A stretch of 64,000 bases of DNA. Origin: an uncultured Clostridiaceae bacterium (GTDB taxonomy: Bacteria; Bacillota; Clostridia; TANB77; CAG-508). The notes below the pieces were generated by a model. That model worked only from the letters and a program-made list of their open reading frames with translations, ran no database searches and was not told the DNA's origin. The translations under genes were made by a program, and so were the position numbers. Location of the stretch: positions 25,825 through 89,824 of the forward strand of contig CATLFA010000002.1 in the NCBI GenBank assembly GCA_949927585.1, given 5' to 3'. This document shows positions 40,960 through 51,276 of this stretch, in pieces (the first letter of the stretch is position 1; each line of letters begins with the position of its first letter).

Positions 40960-42054
40960 ATGTTAGATAAAACCAAAAATATAGTAGTAACAGTTACATT
41001 TAGTGTGCTACTAATCTTATTTTTTCTAGCAAATATATTAAAAAAAGATACAGAGATTTCTACTACAGAAAGAAGAAAGCTTGAAAGTTTTCCACAAATA
41101 ACTATAAAAAGTGTATTGGATGGAAGTTTTAGTAATAAATTCGAAAAATATACCACAGACCAAATAATAAAAAGAGAAGAATTTAGAAAACTAAAATCAA
41201 ACATAGAACTTAATTTGTTTAGAAAAAAGGATAACAATAAAATATATATGTATAAAAATAGTCTTATAAAAATAGAATATCCACTAAATGAAAAATCTGT
41301 ATTAAATGTAGCAAATAAAATAAATGAAATACAAAAAAATTATTTAAAAGATATGAAATGCTATTATTCAATAATACCAGATAAAAACTACTTTACCGAT
41401 AGCAAACAATATATTACTATGAATTATAAAAAGCTAGAAGAAATAATGCAAAAAAATGTACAAAACGCAGAATATATTAATATATTTGACTGTTTAGAAC
41501 TAGAAGATTATTATATAACCGACATTCACTGGAAACAAGAAAATTTGCAAAAAGTAGTAGATAAAATAAGTGAAAAAATGAACTTCAAAAATATGCTAAC
41601 AAGCAACTTTGCAAAAGAACAAATTACAGAATTTGATGGGTTATATGCAGGTCAGTTACCAGTAAAAACAAAAAAAGATGAAATTTATACATTAACAAAT
41701 GAAACAATAAAAAATGCAAAAGTATATCATTATGAAAATGGAAAAGAAACAAAAATATATGATTTAGAAAAAATAAATAGTAATGACAAATATGATATAT
41801 ATCTATCAGGTTCTACACCATTAATAACAATAACAAATGAAAATTCTAAAACTAATAAAGAACTAATAGTATTTAGAGATTCATTTGCAAGTAGTTTAGT
41901 ACCGCTATTTACAGAAGGTTATAGCAAAATTACATTAATAGATATTAGATATATAAGAACTAAAGATATAGAAAAATATATAGAATTTAAAGACCAAGAG
42001 GTGTTATTTTTATATAGTACATTAATTTTAAATAATAGTAGTGTATTAAGATAA
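40960..42054 (+). CDS. DHHW/AlgX-AlgJ-like protein, likely periplasmic-side partner of the MBOAT acyltransferase
   Basis: N-terminal signal anchor, central 'YITDIHWKQEN' (D-x-H-W) motif; genomic coupling to the MBOAT gene. Confidence 0.5.
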   Translation: MLDKTKNIVVTVTFSVLLILFFLANILKKDTEISTTERRKLESFPQITIKSVLDGSFSNKFEKYTTDQIIKREEFRKLKSNIELNLFRKKDNNKIYMYKNSLIKIEYPLNEKSVLNVANKINEIQKNYLKDMKCYYSIIPDKNYFTDSKQYITMNYKKLEEIMQKNVQNAEYINIFDCLELEDYYITDIHWKQENLQKVVDKISEKMNFKNMLTSNFAKEQITEFDGLYAGQLPVKTKKDEIYTLTNETIKNAKVYHYENGKETKIYDLEKINSNDKYDIYLSGSTPLITITNENSKTNKELIVFRDSFASSLVPLFTEGYSKITLIDIRYIRTKDIEKYIEFKDQEVLFLYSTLILNNSSVLR

Positions 42055-42134
42055 ATGAATAAATTCAGAAAGATTTGGCCACAATACCAAATCTTTCCAA
42101 CATATATAATATAAAAATTAAGAGAGGATAAGTA

Positions 42135-43946
42135 ATGTTTAATATAGAAGAAGAACTAAAAAAGTTACCTAATAAGCCAGGTGTATATATAATGCATGAC
42201 AAAGACGACAAAATTATATATGTAGGAAAGGCAATTTCTTTAAAAAATAGAGTTAGGTCATATTTTAGAAAAACAAATAAAACGCAAAGAATACAAAACA
42301 TGGTAGCTCTAATAGACCATTTTGAATATATAGTAGTAGATAACGAAACAGAAGCACTTATATTAGAATGTAATTTAATAAAAAAGAATAGACCAAAGTT
42401 TAATGTACTTCTAAAAGATGACAAAACATATCCATATATAAAAATAAATGTAAAAGACGATTTTCCAAATGTATATGTAACAAGAAGAATATTAAATGAT
42501 GGAGCAAAATATTTTGGACCATATGCATCAGCAGGTTCAGCGAAAGAAATGGTAGACTTTATAAAAGAAAAATTTAAAATTCGCCAATGTAAAAGTTTTA
42601 AATATAAAGATAGACCATGCTTAAATTATCACATAAAAAAATGTATGGCACCATGTATGGGGTATATTTCGAAAGAAGAATATAGAGAGCAAATAAACCA
42701 AATAATATCAATTCTAGATGGAAACTTAAATGGTATTTTAAAAGAATTAGAACAACAAATGGAAGAGGCTTCAAAAAATATGGAATTTGAAAAAGCAGCA
42801 TATATAAGGGACAAAAAGCTTGCAATAGAAAGAATAGGAGAAAAGCAAAAAGTTTCAAATATAACTGAAAATGATATAGATGTTATAGGCTTAGCACGAA
42901 ATGAAGTAGAAGTATGTGTAGAAATTTTCTTTGTTCGTAATAGCAAAATGATAGGAAGAGAACACTATTTCTTCAAAGAGCTAAATGATGAAGAAGATAA
43001 GCAAATATTATCAGATTTTGTAAAACAATATTATATAGGAAGAGAAATACTACCTAACAAAATAATGATGAAGAGTGAAATAGAAGAAAAAAACATTTTT
43101 GAAGAATGGCTTACAAAAGAAGCGGGAAGAAAAGTAGAAATAAAAACACCACAAAGAGGAGAAAAACTTCGCCTAGTCGAAATGGCAGAAAACAATGCAA
43201 AAATAACATTAGATAACAAGTCAAAAGACAAATATGATGTGCTAACAGAACTAAGAGAAGTATTGAATTTAGAAAAAATGCCAAGGAAAATAGAATGTTT
43301 TGACATATCAAATCTTTCAGGAACAAACATGGTAGCAGGAATGTGTGTAATGAAAGACGGGGAAATAAAAAGAAACTTATCGCGAATATTTAAAATAAAA
43401 GAAGTACTTGGGCAAGATGATGTAGCATGTATGAAAGAAGTAGTATCAAGAAGGTTAAGGCGTTCAATAAAAGAAAAAAATGGAGCCTTCGGAAAACTAC
43501 CAGATGTAATTTTTGCAGATGGAGGAATAACACAAATAAGAGCGATAAAAGAAGCAATAGAAGCAGTATCCACAGAATATGAAAACAAAGTGGATAACTT
43601 AAATGAAATAAAAGTATTTGGTATGGTAAAAAATGACAAGCACCAAACAAGAGCATTAATAGATGAAGACAGGAAAGAAATAAAATTATCCGAAAACCTA
43701 ATGAAGCTAATTACACTATTCCAAGACACAGTACACGAAACAGCAATAGGGTATCACAAAAAATTAAGAGATAAAGAAGTAACAAAATCAGCCCTAGACG
43801 AAATAAAAGGAATAGGACCTGCAAAAAAGAAAGCTTTACTTGTGAAATTTGGAAGTGTAGAAAAAATGACTAGTGCAAGTATAGAAGAACTTATGGAAGT
43901 GAAGGGAATAAATGAAGAAATTGCAAAGAAAATAAAGAAATTGTAG
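42135..43946 (+). CDS. uvrC: Excinuclease ABC subunit C
   Basis: GIY-YIG N-domain ('GVYIMHDKDDKIIYVGKA'), UvrBC motif, RNase H-like and C-terminal HhH ('IKGIGPAKKKALL'). Confidence 0.9.
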   Translation: MFNIEEELKKLPNKPGVYIMHDKDDKIIYVGKAISLKNRVRSYFRKTNKTQRIQNMVALIDHFEYIVVDNETEALILECNLIKKNRPKFNVLLKDDKTYPYIKINVKDDFPNVYVTRRILNDGAKYFGPYASAGSAKEMVDFIKEKFKIRQCKSFKYKDRPCLNYHIKKCMAPCMGYISKEEYREQINQIISILDGNLNGILKELEQQMEEASKNMEFEKAAYIRDKKLAIERIGEKQKVSNITENDIDVIGLARNEVEVCVEIFFVRNSKMIGREHYFFKELNDEEDKQILSDFVKQYYIGREILPNKIMMKSEIEEKNIFEEWLTKEAGRKVEIKTPQRGEKLRLVEMAENNAKITLDNKSKDKYDVLTELREVLNLEKMPRKIECFDISNLSGTNMVAGMCVMKDGEIKRNLSRIFKIKEVLGQDDVACMKEVVSRRLRRSIKEKNGAFGKLPDVIFADGGITQIRAIKEAIEAVSTEYENKVDNLNEIKVFGMVKNDKHQTRALIDEDRKEIKLSENLMKLITLFQDTVHETAIGYHKKLRDKEVTKSALDEIKGIGPAKKKALLVKFGSVEKMTSASIEELMEVKGINEEIAKKIKKL

Positions 43947-43947
43947 A

Positions 43948-43992
43948 ATCAAAACTTGAAGTCACAATTTGTGACTTCAAGTTTTGATTATT
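43948..43992 (+). terminator. Strong rho-independent terminator 'caaaacttgaagtcacaa-attgtgacttcaagttttg'
   Basis: 17-bp perfect stem. Confidence 0.8.
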
Positions 43993-44117
43993 TAAATTTA
44001 ATTTTATTGACAAATCAAAACAAGTGTTTTACAATATGAACAAAATAAAAAAATAGATGCACCAAAAAATGAAGTGAAAAATGTAATATAAATATTTTAT
44101 TCGGAGGTGTATTTTTT

Positions 44118-45029
44118 GTGGAAGAAAATAAATTAATAAAAACAGAAGAAGATTTGGAGGTATATGATAGAGAGAAGATTAGAAGTATGATTTATGAAGT
44201 GAGGGGAAAACAAGTAATGTTAGATAGTGATGTAGCAAGATTGTATCATACAGAAACAAGAAATATTAATCAAACAGTAAAAAGAAACATAGAAAGATTT
44301 CCAATGGAATTTTGTTTTAGATTGAATGAAGAAGAATTAAGATTTTTAAGATCACAATTTGTGATCTTAAAGAAAGATGGTAGAGGGCAACATAGTAAAT
44401 ATTTACCATATGTATTTACAGAACATGGAATAACAATGCTTGCAGGTCTATTAAAAAGTGAAATAGCAATAAAAGTAAATATCAATATTGTAAATGCATT
44501 TATAGAGATGAGAAAATTTATCATAAATAATAATAATATATTAAACAGATTAATAACAGCAGAATATAAACTACTAGAACATGATAAAAAATTTGATGAA
44601 GTATTTAATGAACTACAAAATAACAAAGAAGAAACAATAACTTCAAAAATATTTTATAATGGACAAATATATGATGCATATAGCTTAATAATTAAAATAA
44701 TAAAAGAAGCAAAGGAAAAGATACTAATTATAGATAATTACATAGATGATACTATTCTAGAAATGCTATCAAAAAAGGATAAAGAGGTAGAAGTAGTAAT
44801 ACTAACATCAAACAATTGCAATTTAGGCAAATTAGACATAGAAAAATTTAATAAACAATATCCAACTTTAAAATTAGCAAAAACAAGTATATTTCATGAT
44901 AGATTTATAGTAATAGACAGCAAAAAGCTATACCATATAGGGGCTTCTCTAAAAGATTTAGGAAAGAAGTGTTTTGGAATTAATAGAATTGAAGATATAA
45001 ATTTCATTAAAACATTGAAAATAACATAA
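44118..45029 (+). CDS. ORF6N (KilA-N-like) DNA-binding domain protein with a C-terminal HKD/PLD-like module
   Basis: N-terminal 'KQVMLDSDVARLYHTETRNINQTVKRNIERFPMEFCF...YLPYVFTEHGITMLAGLLKS' is typical of the ORF6N domain. C-terminal 'FHDRFIVIDSKKLYHIGASLKDLG' resembles a single HxK(x)4D(x)6GSxN motif with Arg at the Lys position. GTG start with RBS 'ggaggtg'. Confidence 0.5.
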   Translation: MEENKLIKTEEDLEVYDREKIRSMIYEVRGKQVMLDSDVARLYHTETRNINQTVKRNIERFPMEFCFRLNEEELRFLRSQFVILKKDGRGQHSKYLPYVFTEHGITMLAGLLKSEIAIKVNINIVNAFIEMRKFIINNNNILNRLITAEYKLLEHDKKFDEVFNELQNNKEETITSKIFYNGQIYDAYSLIIKIIKEAKEKILIIDNYIDDTILEMLSKKDKEVEVVILTSNNCNLGKLDIEKFNKQYPTLKLAKTSIFHDRFIVIDSKKLYHIGASLKDLGKKCFGINRIEDINFIKTLKIT

Positions 45030-45145
45030 AACTATAACAAAATTTTTAATCAAATACTTGTAATATTACCAAAAAAAGGATATAATAAAACACAAAGTTA
45101 TTTAGAGAAATAATAGTTTTAAGAAAAATAGGAGATGAAAAAAGT

Positions 45146-45433
45146 ATGAAAGTAAGTAAAGAAGAAATTTTGCATATAGCAAAACTTGCAAACTTAAATT
45201 TAAAAGAAGAAGAAATAGATACTTATTTACTACATTTACAAGATATTCTAAACTTTGCAAACATAGTAAATAACGCCCCAGTAGAAGGGTTAAAAGAGAC
45301 AATAGGTACAAATAAAAATTATAATGTATTTAGAAAAGATGAAATAATAAATTTTGAAGATAATGAAGCATTACTAGCAAATGCACCAGAAAAAGAAAGA
45401 AATATGTTCAAAATACCAAAAGTAATACAATAG
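45146..45433 (+). CDS. gatC: Asp-tRNA(Asn)/Glu-tRNA(Gln) amidotransferase subunit C
   Basis: 95 aa, '[21 protein letters not shown]' GatC signature; precedes gatA and gatB. Confidence 0.85.
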   Translation: MKVSKEEILHIAKLANLNLKEEEIDTYLLHLQDILNFANIVNNAPVEGLKETIGTNKNYNVFRKDEIINFEDNEALLANAPEKERNMFKIPKVIQ

Positions 45434-45490
45434 CTGTAGGGAATTAATCGGTAAGGAATACTTAAGAGAATTTACCGAATTACGCCCAAA
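45434..45490. repeat. Intergenic repeat module 'ctgtagggaattaatcggtaaggaatacttaagagaatttaccgaattacgccc' inside the gatC-gatA spacer
   Basis: Matches 4935-4961 (ggtaaggaatgcctaagagaatttacc) and partially 63870-63900 (gattaatcggtaagtaatac). Confidence 0.6.
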
Positions 45491-45527
45491 ATATAACATT
45501 CAAACTCAAAGAAAGGGAGTAAATTTA

Positions 45528-47000
45528 ATGGAAATTACAGAATTAACAGTTCACGAACTAAAAGAAAAATTAGCAAACAAAGAATTAACAATAACTGAAA
45601 TAACAAAGGCCTATGCAGATAGAATAGAAGAAAAAGAAAAGGGTATAGGAGCTTTTGTAACAATATTAAAAGAGGATGCCATGAAAAAGGCACAAGAAAT
45701 AGAAGAAAAAGTAAAAGCAAACGAAATAAAAGGAGACTTAGCAGGTATTCCAATAGGAATAAAAGATAATATCTGTACAAAAGGAATAGCTACAACATGT
45801 AGTTCAAAAATGCTAGAAAACTTTGTTTCACCATATGATGCAACAGTAATGGAAAAAGTAAATAATGAAAACATGATTAATTTGGGAAAATTAAACATGG
45901 ACGAGTTTGCAATGGGTGGCTCAACAGAATACTCAGCATTCCATGTAACTAAAAACCCATGGAACTTAAATAAAGTACCAGGAGGCTCATCAGGGGGAGT
46001 AGCAGCAGCAGTTGCAGCTGGAATGGTGCCTTGGGCATTAGGCTCAGACACAGGTGGTTCAATACGTCAACCAGCTTCTTTTTGTGGAGTAGTTGGAATG
46101 AAGCCAACATATGGTTTAGTATCACGTTATGGTTTAGTAGCATTTGCATCATCACTAGACCAAATAGGGCCAATAACAAAAGATGTAGAAGACTGTGCTA
46201 TGCTTTTAAATGTAATAACAGGTCATGACGAAAAAGATTCAACATCAGAAAATAGAGAAAAAGTAGATTACACATTAAGTCTAAAAAATGATGTGAAAGG
46301 AATGAAAATAGGAATTCCGAAGGAATTCTATGGAGAAGGTATAAGTGAAGAAGTAAAACAAAAGTTAGAAGAGGCAATACAAAAATACAAAGAACTAGGA
46401 GCAGAAGTAGAAGAATTTTCATTAGATATTGCAAACTATGCCTTAGCAACATACTACATTATAGCATGTGCAGAAGCAAGTTCAAACTTAGGAAGATTTG
46501 ATGGGATTCGTTATGGTTACAGAACACCAAACTATGAAAACCTAAAAGATATATACAAAAATTCAAGAACTGAAGCTTTTGGAGATGAAGTAAAAAGAAG
46601 AATAATACTAGGAACTTATGTATTATCATCAGGATATTATGATGCATACTACAAAAAAGCACAACAAGTACGTACATTAGTACAAGCAAAATTTGATGAA
46701 GCCTTCAGCAAATATGATGTTATATTAACACCAACAGCACCAACAACAGCATTTAATATAGGTGAAAAAAAGGCGAACCCACTAGAAATGTATTTAGCAG
46801 ATATTTGCACAGTATCAGTAAATATAGCAGGTCTTCCAGGAATATCAATTCCATGCGGACTAGATAAAGAAGGAATGCCAATAGGAATGCAACTAATAGG
46901 TCAAAAATTCAGTGAAGAAACTTTATTAAATGCAGCATACACATTTGAGCAAGCTGTAAAATTTAGAAAAAATTATAAGCCAGAATTCAAAAACATATAA
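45528..47000 (+). CDS. gatA: Glutamyl-tRNA(Gln) amidotransferase subunit A
   Basis: Amidase signature '[45 protein letters not shown]'. Confidence 0.95.
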   Translation: MEITELTVHELKEKLANKELTITEITKAYADRIEEKEKGIGAFVTILKEDAMKKAQEIEEKVKANEIKGDLAGIPIGIKDNICTKGIATTCSSKMLENFVSPYDATVMEKVNNENMINLGKLNMDEFAMGGSTEYSAFHVTKNPWNLNKVPGGSSGGVAAAVAAGMVPWALGSDTGGSIRQPASFCGVVGMKPTYGLVSRYGLVAFASSLDQIGPITKDVEDCAMLLNVITGHDEKDSTSENREKVDYTLSLKNDVKGMKIGIPKEFYGEGISEEVKQKLEEAIQKYKELGAEVEEFSLDIANYALATYYIIACAEASSNLGRFDGIRYGYRTPNYENLKDIYKNSRTEAFGDEVKRRIILGTYVLSSGYYDAYYKKAQQVRTLVQAKFDEAFSKYDVILTPTAPTTAFNIGEKKANPLEMYLADICTVSVNIAGLPGISIPCGLDKEGMPIGMQLIGQKFSEETLLNAAYTFEQAVKFRKNYKPEFKNI

Positions 47001-47200
47001 TAAATACTGTAGGGGTCGCACTCTAACTAATTTGTCAAAGGTAAATAGTGAATAATGAGAGTTAAGAGGACAAACCTAAGGTTTGATGTAGGGGCAGGCC
47101 TTGTGTTTGCCCGCACTTCAAATAAATGGCTTAGATGAATAGTGAATAATGAATAGTGAAGAGTGAATAGTACACACTTCGCGTGGAGGAGGAACAATAG
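47001..47200. repeat. 200-nt composite intergenic repeat cluster between gatA and gatB
   Basis: Contains 'aaatagtgaataatgagag', 'acaaacctaaggtttgatgtaggggc', 'aggccttgtgtttgcccgc' and tandem 'aatagtgaataatgaatagtgaagagtgaatagt'; each module is shared with other loci in the window. Confidence 0.7.
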
Positions 47201-48643
47201 ATGTCTAGAGAAGACTATGAAATAGTAATAGGACTTGAAGTACATGCTGAGCTTTCTACAAAAACAAAAATATTTTGTAGTTGCCCAACTGAATTTGGTG
47301 GGGAGCCAAATACACATACTTGTCCAGTATGTATGGCAATGCCAGGAGCATTACCTGTACTTAACGAAAGAGTAGTAGAGTATGCAGTAAAAGCAGGTCT
47401 TGCTACAAATTGTGAAATAGCAAGAAACAGTAAAAATGATAGGAAAAACTACTTCTACCCAGACCTTCCAAAGTCATACCAAATATCGCAATTTGATATG
47501 CCACTTTGTGAAAAAGGATATGTAGAAATAGAAGACGAAAATGGAGAAAAGAAGAAAATAGGAATAACACGTATACATATAGAAGAAGATGCAGGGAAGC
47601 TAAACCATAATGAATTTGGTGGAGGAAGTTTAGTAGACTTAAACAGGGCAGGAGTACCACTAATAGAAACTGTATCAGAGCCAGATATACGTAGTAGTAA
47701 AGAAGCAGAAAATTACTTAAGAAAATTAAAGTCTATATTTGAATACATAGAAGTATCAGACTGTAAAATGCAAGAAGGTTCATTTAGAGCAGACGTAAAC
47801 GTTTCTGTAAGGAAAAAGGGAGCAAACGAGTTTGGAACACGTACAGAAATGAAAAATATGAGCTCATTTAGAAGTATAGTAAGAGCAATAGAATATGAAG
47901 CAGATAGGCAAATAGATGTAATAGAAGAAGGCGGGAAAATAGAACAAGAAACACTAAGATGGGACGATGTATCAGGAAAAACATTCTCAATGAGAGATAA
48001 AGAAGATGCACAAGACTACCGATATTTCCCAGACCCAGACCTAGTAGCAATAAAACTATCAGATGAATATATAGAAAATATAAAAAATAATCTACCAGAG
48101 TTGCCAGAAAGTAGAAAAGCAAGGTATATGAGTGAATTGGGCTTATCAGAAAAAGATAGTAATTTACTTACAGCATCAAAACACTTATCAAATATGTTTG
48201 AAAAAGCATCTGCAATTTGTAAAAATCATAAACTAGTTGCAAACTGGCTATTATCAGATATTTCAAGAATATTAAATGAAAAAGAAATAGAAGCAGACCA
48301 AATACCATTTACAGCAGAAGAATTAGCCAAAATGATTACACTAATAGAAAAAGGAACAATAAGTAGTGCAATAGCTAAAAAAGTAGTAGAAGAATTATTC
48401 GAAAACCCAAAAGACCCAGAAGAAATAATAAAAGAAAAAGGCTGGATACAAATATCAGATGAAGGAGCAATAAAAGAAGTAGTACAAAAAATAATACAAG
48501 CAAACCCACAGTCAGTAGCAGACTTCAAAGCTGGAAAAGACAAAGCAGTAGGTTTCTTAGTAGGTCAAGCAATGAAAGAAACAAAAGGAAAAGCAAACCC
48601 ACAAATGCTTAATAAGATGTTTATAGAAGAATTAAAGAAATAA
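47201..48643 (+). CDS. gatB: Aspartyl/glutamyl-tRNA amidotransferase subunit B
   Basis: 'YEIVIGLEVHAELSTKTKIFCSC' N-terminus, GatB/YqeY C-terminal domain. Confidence 0.95.
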   Translation: MSREDYEIVIGLEVHAELSTKTKIFCSCPTEFGGEPNTHTCPVCMAMPGALPVLNERVVEYAVKAGLATNCEIARNSKNDRKNYFYPDLPKSYQISQFDMPLCEKGYVEIEDENGEKKKIGITRIHIEEDAGKLNHNEFGGGSLVDLNRAGVPLIETVSEPDIRSSKEAENYLRKLKSIFEYIEVSDCKMQEGSFRADVNVSVRKKGANEFGTRTEMKNMSSFRSIVRAIEYEADRQIDVIEEGGKIEQETLRWDDVSGKTFSMRDKEDAQDYRYFPDPDLVAIKLSDEYIENIKNNLPELPESRKARYMSELGLSEKDSNLLTASKHLSNMFEKASAICKNHKLVANWLLSDISRILNEKEIEADQIPFTAEELAKMITLIEKGTISSAIAKKVVEELFENPKDPEEIIKEKGWIQISDEGAIKEVVQKIIQANPQSVADFKAGKDKAVGFLVGQAMKETKGKANPQMLNKMFIEELKK

Positions 48644-48955
48644 ATGTAAATGTGAGAGACAAAATAGTCTTTCACATTTACATTTGGCGAAATTTTTTAT
48701 TTTCTTGTTTATTTACAATACCTATGAAATTATTATAATGAAATGAAGTATAACTTCTTGAATCAAAATCAGATACTTGTTTATAGGAGAATGAAACTTC
48801 ATATAGTTTATATGGAATAAGTCGAAAAGTAAAATATTTGGGAAGGAAATGGAATGTGGCAAAAACTTTCCATTTCTTTCTTTTTAAAATGTTGAAAAAA
48901 TTGTGTATCTATAGTAAAATAAATAAAAATATTTCTATTATAGGGAGAATATATT

Positions 48956-49867
48956 ATGATACCATATAGATTAAAAAAAGGGGACAAAATTGGAATAATA
49001 GCGCCATCATCTCCAATTACAAAAGATAAATTAGAAGACATAAATAATTCAATAACATTAATTGAAAGTTCAGGATTTGAAGTAGTTTTTGGGAAAAATG
49101 TATTTAAAAACACTTTGGGATATGGCGCAACAGCAAAGGAAAAGGCAGAAGATATAAACTATATGTTTGCAAATACAGAAATAAAAGCGATATTTTGTGC
49201 AACAGGTGGAGCAAACTCAAATTCTACTTTTGAATATTTAGACTATGAAACAATAAAGAAAAATCCTAAAATTATATGTGGTTTTAGTGATTCTACATCA
49301 TTATTAAATATAATAACAAAAGAAACTGGACTTGTAACATTTAATGGTTCTACATTTAAAGCATTAACTTCATGGGAAACAGAGTATAGTTATAAACAAA
49401 TAATAAATAAATTTGTATTAGGAGAAACAAAACTTGCAGAAGAAGATGATAAATTTTATTGTATAAAAGAAGGAACTTCAGAAGGTAAATTAATAGGTGG
49501 AAATTTAAGTTTAACAACAAATTTAGTTTCAGGAAAATATAATATAGATTTTAAAGATAAAATATTATTTATAGAAGAATTAGTATATGAAGCAGATGCA
49601 GAAATGGTAAGCAATTCTTTATATAGAATGAAACAAAATGGAGTATTTGATAAAATAAAAGGAATATGGGTAGGAAATTATGAAGGAGAAATACCATTAG
49701 AAAAAATATTATTAGATACTTTGGAAGGTGATTACAATTTTCCTATAATAAAATCAAATAACTTTGGACACACAGATAGAAAAATGGTAATACCAGTAGG
49801 AACAAGAGCAAGAATAGATACAACTAAAAAAGTAAAAATAGAATTATTAGAAAACTGTGTAAAATAA
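48956..49867 (+). CDS. S66 family LD-carboxypeptidase (LdcA/MccF-like)
   Basis: 'KGDKIGIIAPSSPI' and catalytic Ser block 'CGFSDSTSLLN', C-terminal His/Glu region. Confidence 0.8.
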   Translation: MIPYRLKKGDKIGIIAPSSPITKDKLEDINNSITLIESSGFEVVFGKNVFKNTLGYGATAKEKAEDINYMFANTEIKAIFCATGGANSNSTFEYLDYETIKKNPKIICGFSDSTSLLNIITKETGLVTFNGSTFKALTSWETEYSYKQIINKFVLGETKLAEEDDKFYCIKEGTSEGKLIGGNLSLTTNLVSGKYNIDFKDKILFIEELVYEADAEMVSNSLYRMKQNGVFDKIKGIWVGNYEGEIPLEKILLDTLEGDYNFPIIKSNNFGHTDRKMVIPVGTRARIDTTKKVKIELLENCVK

Positions 49868-49934
49868 TAAGGAAGAATAGTAAATATGTAAATGTTGTAT
49901 ACTTATAATTTTTGATATTTAAAAGGAGAAAAAA

Positions 49935-50486
49935 ATGTACGATAATTGGGAAGAACTAGAACATAGTATTATAGATTGTAAAAAATGCAAATTATGCAAA
50001 AATAGAACAAATATAGTATTTGGTACAGGAAATAAAAATGCAGATATAATGTTTATAGGAGAAGGTCCAGGTGCAGATGAAGACAAACAAGGGGAACCAT
50101 TTGTAGGAAAAGCAGGAAAACTTATGAATGAAGCTTTTAAGGGTATTGGAATAAATAGAGAAGATGTGTATATTGCAAACATAGTAAAATGTAGACCACC
50201 TTCAAATAGAGTTCCAGAAGAAGATGAAGCAACTGCATGTTTAAATTATTTAAGAAACCAAGTAATATTAGTAAAGCCTAAAATAATAGTATTGTTAGGA
50301 AGTACAGCATTAAAAAATATTTTAGGTAAAGAATATGGAATAACAAATACAAGAGGAAGATGGATAGAAAGAAAAGGCATAATGTATATGCCAACTTGGC
50401 ATCCAGCTGCACTTCTAAGAGATGAAAATAAAAAGATAGAATTTTGGAAAGACTTAAAACAGGTTGAATTAAAAATTAACAAATAG
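49935..50486 (+). CDS. Uracil-DNA glycosylase, family 4
   Basis: Fe-S cysteines 'CKKCKLC', motif 'GEGPGADED' and 'HPAALLR'. Confidence 0.8.
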   Translation: MYDNWEELEHSIIDCKKCKLCKNRTNIVFGTGNKNADIMFIGEGPGADEDKQGEPFVGKAGKLMNEAFKGIGINREDVYIANIVKCRPPSNRVPEEDEATACLNYLRNQVILVKPKIIVLLGSTALKNILGKEYGITNTRGRWIERKGIMYMPTWHPAALLRDENKKIEFWKDLKQVELKINK

Positions 50487-50585
50487 ATATATAAATAATT
50501 AGATAAAACAAAATATAAAATTCATAAAAGTAAAAATGAAATACATACCTTATTAAACTATTATTTAATAAGGTATGTATTTTAA

Positions 50586-51125
50586 TTATATATTCTTTTT
50601 AGTCAATATATTTAAAATATCTGTATACATTTTATCAGCATTACTATTCCAATTATCAACAATATCTTTAGCCTTTTCTCTTGAACCTGCAAAAGTTTTG
50701 ACTTCGAAAATAATATCATTATTATCTACAATTTTACAAGTAACAGTATAGTTATCTTCGCTTCTAGGAGTATATTCTGCAATAACTGAATGCTTATCTT
50801 CAAATGAAACTAATTCATCTTTAAAATTACTATCAACTCTTAATTTTATAATACCTGGAATAATATCTTGAGTAAGAGCTAAAGTTTCCTTTCCAAAATC
50901 AGTTATTTCATATAAAACAGAATTATCAGTATTATAACTAATAATATAGCCATTTTCTAATAAATCTAATAAAAATTGTTGAAAATAAAAATAATTCATA
51001 TCCGTTACTGCAAGAACTAAATTTAAAAGAGAATCATTAGAAATTGATTTTGCGACTTTATTTAATATATATAAAATTAATATTTTATTTTCTGCAAGAA
51101 TTTCACTATCTGATGAAAGTTTCAT
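50586..51125 (-). CDS. Hypothetical protein (DUF4364-like)
   Basis: ORF with RBS 'atggagtga'; family assignment from memory only. Confidence 0.4.
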   Translation of the reverse strand: MKLSSDSEILAENKILILYILNKVAKSISNDSLLNLVLAVTDMNYFYFQQFLLDLLENGYIISYNTDNSVLYEITDFGKETLALTQDIIPGIIKLRVDSNFKDELVSFEDKHSVIAEYTPRSEDNYTVTCKIVDNNDIIFEVKTFAGSREKAKDIVDNWNSNADKMYTDILNILTKKNI

Positions 51126-51276
51126 TATAATCACTCCATATGCTAATTTTAAAGTATTATATCATATATTTTTATAAAATACTATGTTTTTTTGGAATAT
51201 TAATGCTATAATTGATAAATAAATTGTAAGTTAATATTAGTAAAAAGTTATTATTTATAAAAAATAGAAGTAACAA

